The translations under genes and the position numbers were made by a program. From an uncultured bacterium (GTDB lineage: Bacteria > Babelota > Babeliae > Babelales > Vermiphilaceae), in the NCBI GenBank assembly GCA_963702025.1, contig OY969699.1:389746-453745 (forward strand): a stretch of DNA of 64,000 nucleotides. The letters run 5' to 3'. This document shows positions 53,011 through 61,572 of this stretch, in pieces. The notes below the pieces were generated by a model. That model was not told where the DNA came from. It did not search any database and worked only from the letters and a program-made list of their open reading frames with translations. Position 1 is the first letter of the stretch. Every line of letters starts with the position of its first letter.

Positions 53011-53180
53011 CTACAAAAATTGTAACATCTTTTTTTCTTGTTTATTCTACTTTCGCAAGAAAACTCCAGGGTTTTTTGGCTTCGAAGAATTTCGCATAAT
53101 GCAGCGGCTTTTAAATTTTTAAGCCATTGCATTGCTGCTTCATTTTTGTATCTTATTTAAAAAAGTCTCAAAGGAAAGTT

Positions 53181-54029
53181 ATGCGAAATACCATTTTTTT
53201 ACTGCTATTAATTGCCTGCACAAGTAAACCGATAACCAAAGATGCTTTATTGCCCGTTATCAAACAGCCGCATCCCTTTTCCTATGATCTGGGTGTTAGC
53301 CTAATTCCGGCTAAGAAAGCAGATGCGCCGGTAATGATCTGTTGCCATGGTTATGGCTATAATAATCGTGTGGCGGCAGACGTTGGCACCGTTCCGGCAG
53401 TGTGTGAGCATCTGATCGGCTTTAATTTCCCTGATTATGGCTGCACCAAACGGCCCGGCTTTGATATTAAAAAAAGCACGTTCGGCACCATTGATGAAAT
53501 TGTGCCGTTATTATATCTGATTAAACAATGCGTAGTTGATGCGAACCTTGATGCCATTAATCTCTATGGATTCTCCGCGGGTGGTGGCGCGATTATCAAT
53601 GCATTGGTTGTTTTAAAAAGCTCGAACTATGATGAGCAGCTTAAAAAAGTTGGCATTATTCCTGAACACAAAATAAAGATGCTCGATGCGATGCAAAAAG
53701 GGCTGATTATTCTGGATTGTCCTCTCAAATCAATGGATGAAATTTTTGCCATGCGTCAGACACCGGAGCTTGAATTTTTATCGGAGCGGTATGCAAAAAA
53801 TAATATGCGGCCCATCGATGCAATTAGCCGCCTCAAAGGCTTACGGCTCACCATTCTTTTGCATTTTCAAAACCCGGATGAAATGATCGGCAACCGTGAT
53901 GATGCCCTTTATGCCGAGCGGTTAAAATCTGCCAATGGTGGCAGTACCCAGGTGGTAATTGCCAACGAAGGCGGACATAACACGCATCATGCCTCATTGT
54001 GGAATGCGTATAAAAATATAAAAAAGTAA
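53181..54029 (+). CDS. alpha/beta-hydrolase lipoprotein
   Basis: ATG at 53181 with an AAGGAAAG RBS. Lipobox LLLIAC. Nucleophile elbow GFSAGG, and a C-terminal GGHN..H. Confidence 0.6.
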   Translation: MRNTIFLLLLIACTSKPITKDALLPVIKQPHPFSYDLGVSLIPAKKADAPVMICCHGYGYNNRVAADVGTVPAVCEHLIGFNFPDYGCTKRPGFDIKKSTFGTIDEIVPLLYLIKQCVVDANLDAINLYGFSAGGGAIINALVVLKSSNYDEQLKKVGIIPEHKIKMLDAMQKGLIILDCPLKSMDEIFAMRQTPELEFLSERYAKNNMRPIDAISRLKGLRLTILLHFQNPDEMIGNRDDALYAERLKSANGGSTQVVIANEGGHNTHHASLWNAYKNIKK

Positions 54030-54034
54030 TGGAT

Positions 54035-54077
54035 CCGTTCATGGTGAGTGATTTCGAAGAAATCGTATCGAACCATG
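54035..54077. repeat. dispersed palindromic repeat, single complete unit between convergent genes
   Basis: ccgttcatggtgagtgatttcgaagaaatcgtatcgaaccatg. Outer stem catggt/accatg and inner hairpin gatttc-gaa-gaaatc. Confidence 0.65.
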
Positions 54078-54081
54078 CTCC

Positions 54082-54435
54082 TTATTCTTTTACCTTAACT
54101 GCTGGTTCAGCGTTGGCGTTCGGTTTAACTATACAGCGGCCAACATTATCAAGATCCCATTGCTTGCAGTAGCAAAAATTGCCATGTTTATCATCGTTTA
54201 CATAAACGGGACTATCATCCGCTTCTTTGTCTCGTGGGCCACATTTATGGGAACACCAGCATTTGCAGTTATTTTTCATATCTTGGCAGGTCTGTTTGGT
54301 CGGGCAAATAACACTATTTGCATCTTTATATGGCGCATAATGGCTGCGCAATAAAGAACTAGCAATTCTATAGACTGCAAAAAGTGCTGAGCCGGCAAGC
54401 AAAACAGCAATAATTATTTGTCTTCTTAATATCAT
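54082..54435 (-). CDS. membrane-anchored cysteine-rich hypothetical protein
   Basis: 117 aa with an N-terminal TM helix, then 12 Cys (CPTKQTCQDMKNNCKCWCSHKC...FCYC...C). Confidence 0.45.
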   Translation of the reverse strand: MILRRQIIIAVLLAGSALFAVYRIASSLLRSHYAPYKDANSVICPTKQTCQDMKNNCKCWCSHKCGPRDKEADDSPVYVNDDKHGNFCYCKQWDLDNVGRCIVKPNANAEPAVKVKE

Positions 54436-54609
54436 AAAAATCTCCCTAATAAATATATTCTAATATTAATTTATAAATATGCTGGTTCAATAATCAAGTA
54501 TTTGTTGTATTACGAGAGAAAAAAAGCTATTAACGCCGTAACTTGAACTTTATTATCGCGATTGGTTAGTATCAGCATAATAATTACTTAAAAACGCAAG
54601 GGGTTTTCC

Positions 54610-54804
54610 ATGACAATACCAATAAAAAGAGAAGATAAGTTTCATATAGGTGAAATTTGCCCGGTATCGGGCGTATACCGTATAAAAGGCTGCGAATGCA
54701 AAACTGAGGAACAACGTGAAATTCCGCTTGCTAAAGGGCACCGATTTCCTCCATGCCGCAGTTGCACAAAACCAATAGTATGGGAATTTGTACGCCACGC
54801 ATAA
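54610..54804 (+). CDS. small hypothetical protein with CxxxxxC...CxxC (zinc-ribbon-like)
   Basis: 64-aa ORF containing CPVSGVY...CEC...PPCRSC. No family recognised. Confidence 0.35.
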   Translation: MTIPIKREDKFHIGEICPVSGVYRIKGCECKTEEQREIPLAKGHRFPPCRSCTKPIVWEFVRHA

Positions 54805-54818
54805 AAAAAGGAGTTTCT

Positions 54819-54971
54819 ATGCCGTATAAAGTTGGTAAAAAGACCAAAACAAAAGGTTGGCCCATTTTAGAACATAAAAATGGCAAATGGATTGTTATTG
54901 CGCACTCAAAGAAAAGAGAATTGGCCCAGGCAAGTATTCGGGCCCGCTATATGGGTGAGCATAAAAAATAA
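54819..54971 (+). CDS. small basic hypothetical protein (50 aa)
   Basis: AAGGAG RBS 7 nt before the ATG at 54819. Sequence MPYKVGKKTKTKGWPILEHKNGKWIVIAHSKKRELAQASIRARYMGEHKK. Confidence 0.4.
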   Translation: MPYKVGKKTKTKGWPILEHKNGKWIVIAHSKKRELAQASIRARYMGEHKK

Positions 54972-55068
54972 GCGATCGAATTTTGCTTTTTAAGTATTTT
55001 TTTTCTTTGGTATTGTTATACTACCTAGCGATTAAAAAGTGAAAATTGTTTAGTAAATAAGGAAGAAA

Positions 55069-55512
55069 ATGAATAAAATAATCATTTCTAGTTCATTAGT
55101 GTTTGGTCTTTTGATCGCACAACCTTTAACCGCCCAAGGCAAAAGATGCCAAGAGCGGCCAAGCCACGAAAAATCTTCAACGGCAATGCATTATGTGGCA
55201 CATTTAATCACTGAAGGATTAGTATATATCCCTATTGCGGCTGCCTTTTATGCGGGCCTTGCCGGCGGCTTTCTCTCGGTTGCCGTGGATCCATCCCCAG
55301 CGGCCGCAGGAATTGGTGGGCTAGCGGTCGCCAGTGGTTTAGTGGCCGGTGGTTATATTTATTACAAAGTGCCGGAGTGGACCGATGCCTATATTTTAGA
55401 ATATGATACACCGCGCACCACCGGGCAAAATCTTATCTCACTCATCAGCAGGCTCCTTTTGCACTGGCCGGCTGGTACCGTTGTTGGGGAATTTCTTGCA
55501 CATGTTGATTAA
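55069..55512 (+). CDS. hypothetical membrane protein (Gly/Ala-rich TM segments)
   Basis: 147-aa ORF with a signal peptide and 2-3 TM helices. Confidence 0.45.
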   Translation: MNKIIISSSLVFGLLIAQPLTAQGKRCQERPSHEKSSTAMHYVAHLITEGLVYIPIAAAFYAGLAGGFLSVAVDPSPAAAGIGGLAVASGLVAGGYIYYKVPEWTDAYILEYDTPRTTGQNLISLISRLLLHWPAGTVVGEFLAHVD

Positions 55513-55535
55513 CTTATAAATAATAGAAAGACGCC

Positions 55536-56009
55536 ATGCGTAAAATATTTATTTTCTTACTGCTGCTTATAAGCAATAATATATTGCATTCAATGAAGCT
55601 CTCTGATATTCACAAAAAGAATTGTATAGGGCAAATTCCGTTACACGGAACTGCTTTGTGCGTTCCGTGGGTGGTTTCAGATCTTAAGACTTTTGACGAA
55701 AAAAGAGCGATTTTTGCCGCAACGTTCATTCACTGGGGCAGTAGTGTTTATGCGGCTGATGATCAGGGCAGAACGCCTTTTTTTTATGCTGAGCTTAATA
55801 AATCAGTTTTGCCAACCGTTTATAAAGTGATGCTGGCGGGTAAAATAAAAGAAGATATGGAAAATAGTTTGCCTAAACCGGATCGTAATGGTGCATATAA
55901 TTTGTTTGAAGTGCTTGCTGCTGCCAAAACAAGAGACCCTAGAGAATTTATTGAATGGCAAAAAGCTTTAGAGATTATTAATGAGCATCGATTAAAGGAT
56001 AATAAATGA
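55536..56009 (+). CDS. exported protein with degenerate ankyrin-like repeats
   Basis: Signal peptide ...NNILHSMK. Contains GQIPLHGTAL and DDQGRTPFFYAELN. Confidence 0.45.
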   Translation: MRKIFIFLLLLISNNILHSMKLSDIHKKNCIGQIPLHGTALCVPWVVSDLKTFDEKRAIFAATFIHWGSSVYAADDQGRTPFFYAELNKSVLPTVYKVMLAGKIKEDMENSLPKPDRNGAYNLFEVLAAAKTRDPREFIEWQKALEIINEHRLKDNK

Positions 56010-56148
56010 CCCTGCCGGTGAAAGCACTGTTACTAACTTGATGCAATAGCACCAGAATTGGAACTTCTGAAGGGCAAACCTAAATCATTACTTTAGGATA
56101 GAAAATATTTGCCTGCTACTGAGCAAAATCTTTTTTACAAAGATATTA

Positions 56149-57291
56149 CTATTCATCTAAATACTTTTTACCCTTTAATTTTTCCGGAAGCAAAGATTCT
56201 TGAGTATATTTCTCATATCCCTTACCATACCCAAGCTCCTTCATGAGCGTGGTTGGTGCGTTTCTTATGGTTAGAGGAATTGGTAAATTGCCATATTGTT
56301 TTACATCGTCAACTGCTTCAAAATAGGCATAATATGATGCCTTACTTTTGGGCGCCTGCGCCAAATAACAGACTCCATGAGCAAGATTGATGGCGCATTC
56401 GGGGTAACCAATAATTTCTACCGCTCTAAATACCGCATTGGCGATGCTGAGTGCTTGTGGATCTTTAAGGCCAATATCTTCAGAAGCAAAAATTACCATT
56501 CGGCGCGCAATAAATTTGGGATCCTCGCCAGCTTCCACCATGCGTGCCAAATAATAGAGTGCCGCGTCGGGTTGTGAGGCCCGCATTGATTTGATAAATG
56601 CTGAAATAGTATTATAGTGCTCCTCTGCCTTTTTATCGTAGCGTAAGTGGGTATTTTGCAGGGCATTTTGTAAATTTTCTACCGTGATTGTATGATAGAG
56701 TTTTTTGGTGGTTTCCAAGAGTGAGAGTGCCTGGCGCGCATCGCCATTTGCCATTCTAATCAGCCACTCTTTTGAAGATGAGTCAACCGCAAGTTGAGTG
56801 CGATCAATAATAAGGCCCATTTCTTCTTCATTCAATTCTTTGAGCGTAAATATTCGGCACCGCGAAAGAAGTGGGGAAATAACCTCAAAGCTCGGATTTT
56901 CTGTGGTGGCGCCAATCAAAATTAAAACTCCCGATTCTACGTAGGGAAGCAAAAAATCCTGTTGTGCTTTGGTAAAACGATGAATTTCATCAAGAAATAG
57001 CACTGTTGGTTTTGCACTGATGCTTAGATTTTGGGTATTGGGGATAATTTTTCTAATATCATCCTTGCTGGCACTTACTGCCGAAAGTTCGTGATAATCA
57101 GCATCGATGGCATGAACATAAATTCTTGCCAGTGTGGTTTTGCCAACGCCCGGCGGTCCCCAGAGAATAAAGCTAAACAGGTGTTTTTTCTCAAGTGCAA
57201 TACGTAATGGCTTTCCCGGGCCTACCAAATGAATTTGGCCAACAAATTCATCAATGGTTTTTGGTCTGAGTTCTGAGGCGAGTGGTTGCAT
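56149..57291 (-). CDS. rarA: replication-associated recombination protein A (RarA/MgsA AAA+ ATPase)
   Basis: [12 protein letters not shown], Walker [10 protein letters not shown], Walker [10 protein letters not shown], and the C-terminal MgsA domain ([23 protein letters not shown]). The ATG at 57291 follows a GGAGG RBS. Confidence 0.9.
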   Translation of the reverse strand: MQPLASELRPKTIDEFVGQIHLVGPGKPLRIALEKKHLFSFILWGPPGVGKTTLARIYVHAIDADYHELSAVSASKDDIRKIIPNTQNLSISAKPTVLFLDEIHRFTKAQQDFLLPYVESGVLILIGATTENPSFEVISPLLSRCRIFTLKELNEEEMGLIIDRTQLAVDSSSKEWLIRMANGDARQALSLLETTKKLYHTITVENLQNALQNTHLRYDKKAEEHYNTISAFIKSMRASQPDAALYYLARMVEAGEDPKFIARRMVIFASEDIGLKDPQALSIANAVFRAVEIIGYPECAINLAHGVCYLAQAPKSKASYYAYFEAVDDVKQYGNLPIPLTIRNAPTTLMKELGYGKGYEKYTQESLLPEKLKGKKYLDE

Positions 57292-57365
57292 AGAAGTGCC
57301 CTCCAAGATAGTAGTTTATATGTTTAGTATATCATAAAAACGTTATTTATGAGGGCTTTTTTAAC

Positions 57366-58634
57366 TTATACCAACAAAAAATAAATAAGCAGTAAATTTA
57401 CTATTACGATTGTACCACCGGTCAGATAAGCAGTTACTTTAAGCACCAATGAATTGGCAAATCTCCCCATAATTCTCCTATCGCTCGTGAATTGAATGAG
57501 GGGGAACACGGCAAAAGGAAGCTGCAGGCTCAGCACGATCTGGCTCATAATCATCATGGTAGCCAGGCAACATTCACCAAAATAAACTATTCCCAGCAAT
57601 GCAGGAATAACGGTGATGCAGCGGCCGATTAGCCGGCGAGCCCAGGCAGGTAAGGAAATGGTGGTAAATCCCTCCAAAATAATCTGACCGGCAAGAGTGC
57701 CGGTGAGGGTTGAATTTTGCCCGGAAATTAAGAGGGCAAGGGCAAAAACAAAGCTGGCAACATGAGTACTTAAAAGAGGAGTTAATAAATAATAGGCATC
57801 TTGAATTTCAGAGACATTATGCAAACCTCGCTCAAAAAACACCGCAGCGGCAACAACTAAAATTGCCGCATTCACAAAAAAGGCAAAGGTGAGTGAAACG
57901 CATGAATCAAGGCCGGAAAAAAAGATTGTTTCTTTTTTTATCGTATCCGGTGCATCAGGATTTTTTTTAAGAAGCGCCGAATGCAGATACAGATTATGGG
58001 GCATCACGGTGGCTCCTAAAATCCCAATAGCAAGAAAGAGCATGTCTGGATTTATAATAATTTGGGCGGATGGAATTAATCCCTTGAGCAACGAGCTCCA
58101 AGATGGGTTTGAAATAGAAGTAATAATACCAAAACAGACGATAATTGCGCCGATTAATATGGCAACCAAAATTTCAACCGCTTTGATATGATTATTGGCA
58201 AAAAGCAAGAGGAGCAGCACATCGGCGACCGTAATGCAAACTCCCCATGTCAAGGGAATGCCAAACAAAAGGTAGAGCCCGATCGCTGAACCAATCACTT
58301 CAGCCAGGTCGGTTGCAATTACCGCAAGTTCGGCTAAAATCCATAATCCAAGGGCAACTTTTGGATGATAATGATCGCGGCAAAATCGGGCAAGATCTTT
58401 GCCGGTTACAATACCCAGTTTTAATGCGCAAAATTGAAGCAGCATTGCCATAAAATTTGAGATCAGGATCACGCTTAATAAGGTGTACCCATAGCGAGCG
58501 CCACCAGCAAGATCGGTTGCCCAGTTACCCGGATCCATATAGCCAACGGCAATAAGATAACCGGGACCAGTAGCGGCCAAGAATCGTTTAAAAAAAGGTT
58601 TTAGATGAAAAAAAAAGGGGATAATCATAAGCAA
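57366..58634 (-). CDS. mntH: NRAMP-family divalent metal (Mn2+/Fe2+) transporter MntH
   Basis: GPGYLIAVGYMDPGNWATDL and ATVMPHNLYLHS are the NRAMP signatures. About 11 TM helices. Confidence 0.9.
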   Translation of the reverse strand: MLMIIPFFFHLKPFFKRFLAATGPGYLIAVGYMDPGNWATDLAGGARYGYTLLSVILISNFMAMLLQFCALKLGIVTGKDLARFCRDHYHPKVALGLWILAELAVIATDLAEVIGSAIGLYLLFGIPLTWGVCITVADVLLLLLFANNHIKAVEILVAILIGAIIVCFGIITSISNPSWSSLLKGLIPSAQIIINPDMLFLAIGILGATVMPHNLYLHSALLKKNPDAPDTIKKETIFFSGLDSCVSLTFAFFVNAAILVVAAAVFFERGLHNVSEIQDAYYLLTPLLSTHVASFVFALALLISGQNSTLTGTLAGQIILEGFTTISLPAWARRLIGRCITVIPALLGIVYFGECCLATMMIMSQIVLSLQLPFAVFPLIQFTSDRRIMGRFANSLVLKVTAYLTGGTIVIVNLLLIYFLLV

Positions 58635-58697
58635 AGTATAGCCCTTTTAAGGCATTAACTCTATTCTGAACATTGAAAAAAAAGTAAAGGGAATCTT

Positions 58698-59450
58698 ATG
58701 GAAAATAATTTTTTATTTTTAAGAAATTCGTTTTTATATGCGATTAATGCTTTTCTTTCGCATCCCGGTTTTTTTATTGTGGTGATGCTTGCTTTTGTTG
58801 GTACTATTCTGGCTGCTGCAATAGGTTTTTTTGCGGTCGCCCTTATTCCGGTTTGGCTACTCCAATCAACGTTTTTATCCGCTTTAATAGCAATTTTTTA
58901 TGGCCTTTTTTTAATAGTGTTTATTGCAAAATTATATTTTGGCCTTTGGAAGCTCTTTCTTTCTTTTTATGACAATGGCAGTAAACCAGTTCCTCTTTCA
59001 ACCATTTTTAGTGTAAACAATAAAAGGCAGCTTGGGCGTCTTTTTGGATTTTTAGTTCTTTCTTCTTTGTTTTTTGCCATGATGGATATTTTGTTCTCGA
59101 GCCTTTTTACCGGAAAAGATTTATCATTATTAGTTTTGATTATTGGTATTCCATGCACATATTACGCGGTTCGATTTATCTTTGGTATACTTTCTATTCT
59201 TGATAAGAATATATCGGTTATTAAAGGATTTAAACGAAGTTGCGCGCTCACCAAAGATAACTTTTTCGCGGTATTTTTGATTGTTGTTGCCTCATGGTTT
59301 ATGCATCGGCTTGCTTCGCTGTTAAGTAAAAGTTTTGCCGGAACTAATAATCTGGTAATTGGTATAGTTTTTACGCTCATCGCGCTTATGATTATACCGA
59401 TTACTCATCTGATGTTTGTATATGCTTATCGTGTGCTGGGGGAAAAATAA
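58698..59450 (+). CDS. hypothetical multi-pass membrane protein
   Basis: 250-aa ORF with ~6 TM helices. No confident family. Confidence 0.45.
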   Translation: MENNFLFLRNSFLYAINAFLSHPGFFIVVMLAFVGTILAAAIGFFAVALIPVWLLQSTFLSALIAIFYGLFLIVFIAKLYFGLWKLFLSFYDNGSKPVPLSTIFSVNNKRQLGRLFGFLVLSSLFFAMMDILFSSLFTGKDLSLLVLIIGIPCTYYAVRFIFGILSILDKNISVIKGFKRSCALTKDNFFAVFLIVVASWFMHRLASLLSKSFAGTNNLVIGIVFTLIALMIIPITHLMFVYAYRVLGEK

Positions 59451-59990
59451 TTATTCCTTTATATTTTTTGCAAGCAGCGAAAGCATCACCAAAGACCAGC
59501 CGCTGAAAACAAGGTCAATCCCCACAAAAAGTCCGATAATATACAAGCTTGAATAGGGCCATTGATACAAAATAAGAATACCCAGTGCAAGGGTAACGAT
59601 ACCGCTGGTTAATACCCAAATCCAGTGCGTAAATTTTTTGGTTAAAGACATAACAATACGCACAATGCCTTGAACTATAAACAAGAATGATAAAAATAGT
59701 GTTAGTGATGCAGCGCCAATGAGTGGGTTATACAAAATGAGACCACCGGCAACAAATGAAAATAATCCTGTAAGTAATTGGAGTAAAAATCCACTCCAGT
59801 TGCGAGCCCAAAAAGCATAGCCGACTTGTATAAATCCGGCGAGTATCAAAAGCCAACCCACCAGGAATACGGAAATAAAGGTTGTAGTAACCACTGAGTA
59901 GATTGCAAATATTCCTAGCGCAATAAGCCCAATGCCGAGCCCAAAAGAAAGACCGGCCGATTCTTTAATAGTACGAACTTCTGAATTCAT
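59451..59990 (-). CDS. HdeD/DUF308-family membrane protein
   Basis: Six TM helices with repeated G-x-x-x-I/L-x-x-G patterns (LILAGFIQVGYAF, FIVQGIVRIVMSL) typical of DUF308. Confidence 0.55.
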   Translation of the reverse strand: MNSEVRTIKESAGLSFGLGIGLIALGIFAIYSVVTTTFISVFLVGWLLILAGFIQVGYAFWARNWSGFLLQLLTGLFSFVAGGLILYNPLIGAASLTLFLSFLFIVQGIVRIVMSLTKKFTHWIWVLTSGIVTLALGILILYQWPYSSLYIIGLFVGIDLVFSGWSLVMLSLLAKNIKE

Positions 59991-60108
59991 GGTTTCTCCT
60001 TTTTATGAATATCCAGTACAAAATTCTAAAAAATTATAAAAGCCATTGTAAAGAATTTTGATTCCTGAGTATAACCTTTGTGATGATAGTTATAAAAGAG
60101 GGATGTTT

Positions 60109-60768
60109 ATGAAAAAATTAGTAACGATTTTGTTCTTACTAGCCAACATTGCACCAGGAATGGAAAAACCGCTTGAGACGAGCAGTAAGAAAAATTCTCC
60201 TCGTAAAGAGAGTTCACCAGTTAACAATAGCCCATCAAATTCGCGTATTGGCAGAGAAAAAGGAGGAACGTTCAAACGCAAATCATTGGATATAAGCCAT
60301 CTTAAAGAAGAACTTAATAAAATTGGTGGTCCGAGTTTAGAAGATAAACTTAAAAATGCACAGCAATTAACACCACGCAGCAAAGAAAAAATATTTCAAG
60401 AAATTTTCTCTTTGCCAGACCACCCTGAATTTATACCTTATAAAGCCCGTGTTTGTGAGTTAAAATATAATGAAATGTTAGAGTTGGCAAAAGGCACATT
60501 AAGAAATATTAGTACATACCTTTCTATGAAGAATCTGAATTTTCAGCAAGAGGCACGTGCGAGCATTTCAGTTTTTCCGAAGTATTATTATAATGCCAGA
60601 CAAAACTTGATTAAGAAAATATCATACCAAAATTCCACCCTGACTGAATATGAAGGCGAGCTGGAAGCAGATAAGGATCTACTACCATTATTGTTCGAAT
60701 ATTTTACAAAATTTCATTGTCTTTTGGCGCCGATAAATAAGCAACCACCTTCGGGAAAAAGTACCTGA
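60109..60768 (+). CDS. hypothetical secreted protein
   Basis: ATG at 60109 after a GAGGGA RBS. Signal peptide MKKLVTILFLLANIAPGME. A Ser/Pro/Lys-rich N-terminal region. Confidence 0.5.
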   Translation: MKKLVTILFLLANIAPGMEKPLETSSKKNSPRKESSPVNNSPSNSRIGREKGGTFKRKSLDISHLKEELNKIGGPSLEDKLKNAQQLTPRSKEKIFQEIFSLPDHPEFIPYKARVCELKYNEMLELAKGTLRNISTYLSMKNLNFQQEARASISVFPKYYYNARQNLIKKISYQNSTLTEYEGELEADKDLLPLLFEYFTKFHCLLAPINKQPPSGKST

Positions 60769-60856
60769 ACTAAAAATGCATTTTCCTTATTGACGCATAT
60801 CATATGCCTGTGTTTAAATAGGATGATTTTCAGTATCAAATTATTAAAGAGAAAAT

Positions 60857-61513
60857 ATGAAAATAAAATTAGTACTGCTTCTCGTTTTATTGAGTGTTCT
60901 TAATTTACCAGCTATGGAAAAGAGTTCTGTGTCTAGAGTCCTTGATCCGGAAGGGTTCTATTTTGATGGTCTTGTAAATGGTCTGTCCGATCATCATAGA
61001 ATAAGTAGGTTAACGCTTGCCCGCGAAGCACATTTAGAATTTCAAAAGAATTTTCCTTACTGTAAATGGGTATACGATTCATACGCCAAAGATGATGACT
61101 TCTCGGTAGTCGCAATAGCTAACCCAAAAAGTGAGGATAAGAACAGAGTATGGTTGCAAATGTTGCCTGTCACCGATGAGGGACAATGGCCTAAAATAAA
61201 AGTTGCTTGCCTTCGCTTAGATAATCTCTTTAAAGCGCAACCTGAAGCATATATAATGCTTGCCTATACAATTGAAGAGAATGGTAAAAAATTATTTCAA
61301 TCAAGAATTGCACCCGCACGAGATTCATATTTTGCCAATTCATCCGTTGTTTCTAGCCATGAATCGAATGAGCACAAGGATAAAAAAATAATGGCATTGT
61401 TAAAATTTTTTTTAGAAGAAAAAGAGCCTACAGTGGGACAGATTAAACTGGATACCCAAATATTGCCCGTTATTCAAAATGAATTAGGTCCAAAAGTTAC
61501 GTTAGATATGTGA
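60857..61513 (+). CDS. hypothetical secreted protein
   Basis: Signal peptide MKIKLVLLLVLLSVLNLPAME. No family recognised. Confidence 0.5.
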   Translation: MKIKLVLLLVLLSVLNLPAMEKSSVSRVLDPEGFYFDGLVNGLSDHHRISRLTLAREAHLEFQKNFPYCKWVYDSYAKDDDFSVVAIANPKSEDKNRVWLQMLPVTDEGQWPKIKVACLRLDNLFKAQPEAYIMLAYTIEENGKKLFQSRIAPARDSYFANSSVVSSHESNEHKDKKIMALLKFFLEEKEPTVGQIKLDTQILPVIQNELGPKVTLDM

Positions 61514-61572
61514 GGTGCAGGAAAATATCTTCCAGAACTTGATTTTAGAAGAATGTAACTTTTGATTAGGAC

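Noticed and set aside
32182..54077. CRISPR array formed by the repeated ~45-bp units
   Set aside because: The copies are scattered over 22 kb in both orientations, singly or as inverted pairs, without regular repeat-spacer periodicity. No cas genes are present.
58635..58697. yybP-ykoY Mn2+ riboswitch upstream of mntH
   Set aside because: The intergenic region is only 63 nt and is shared with a divergent gene. That is too short for the ~100-nt or longer riboswitch, and no conserved motif was seen.
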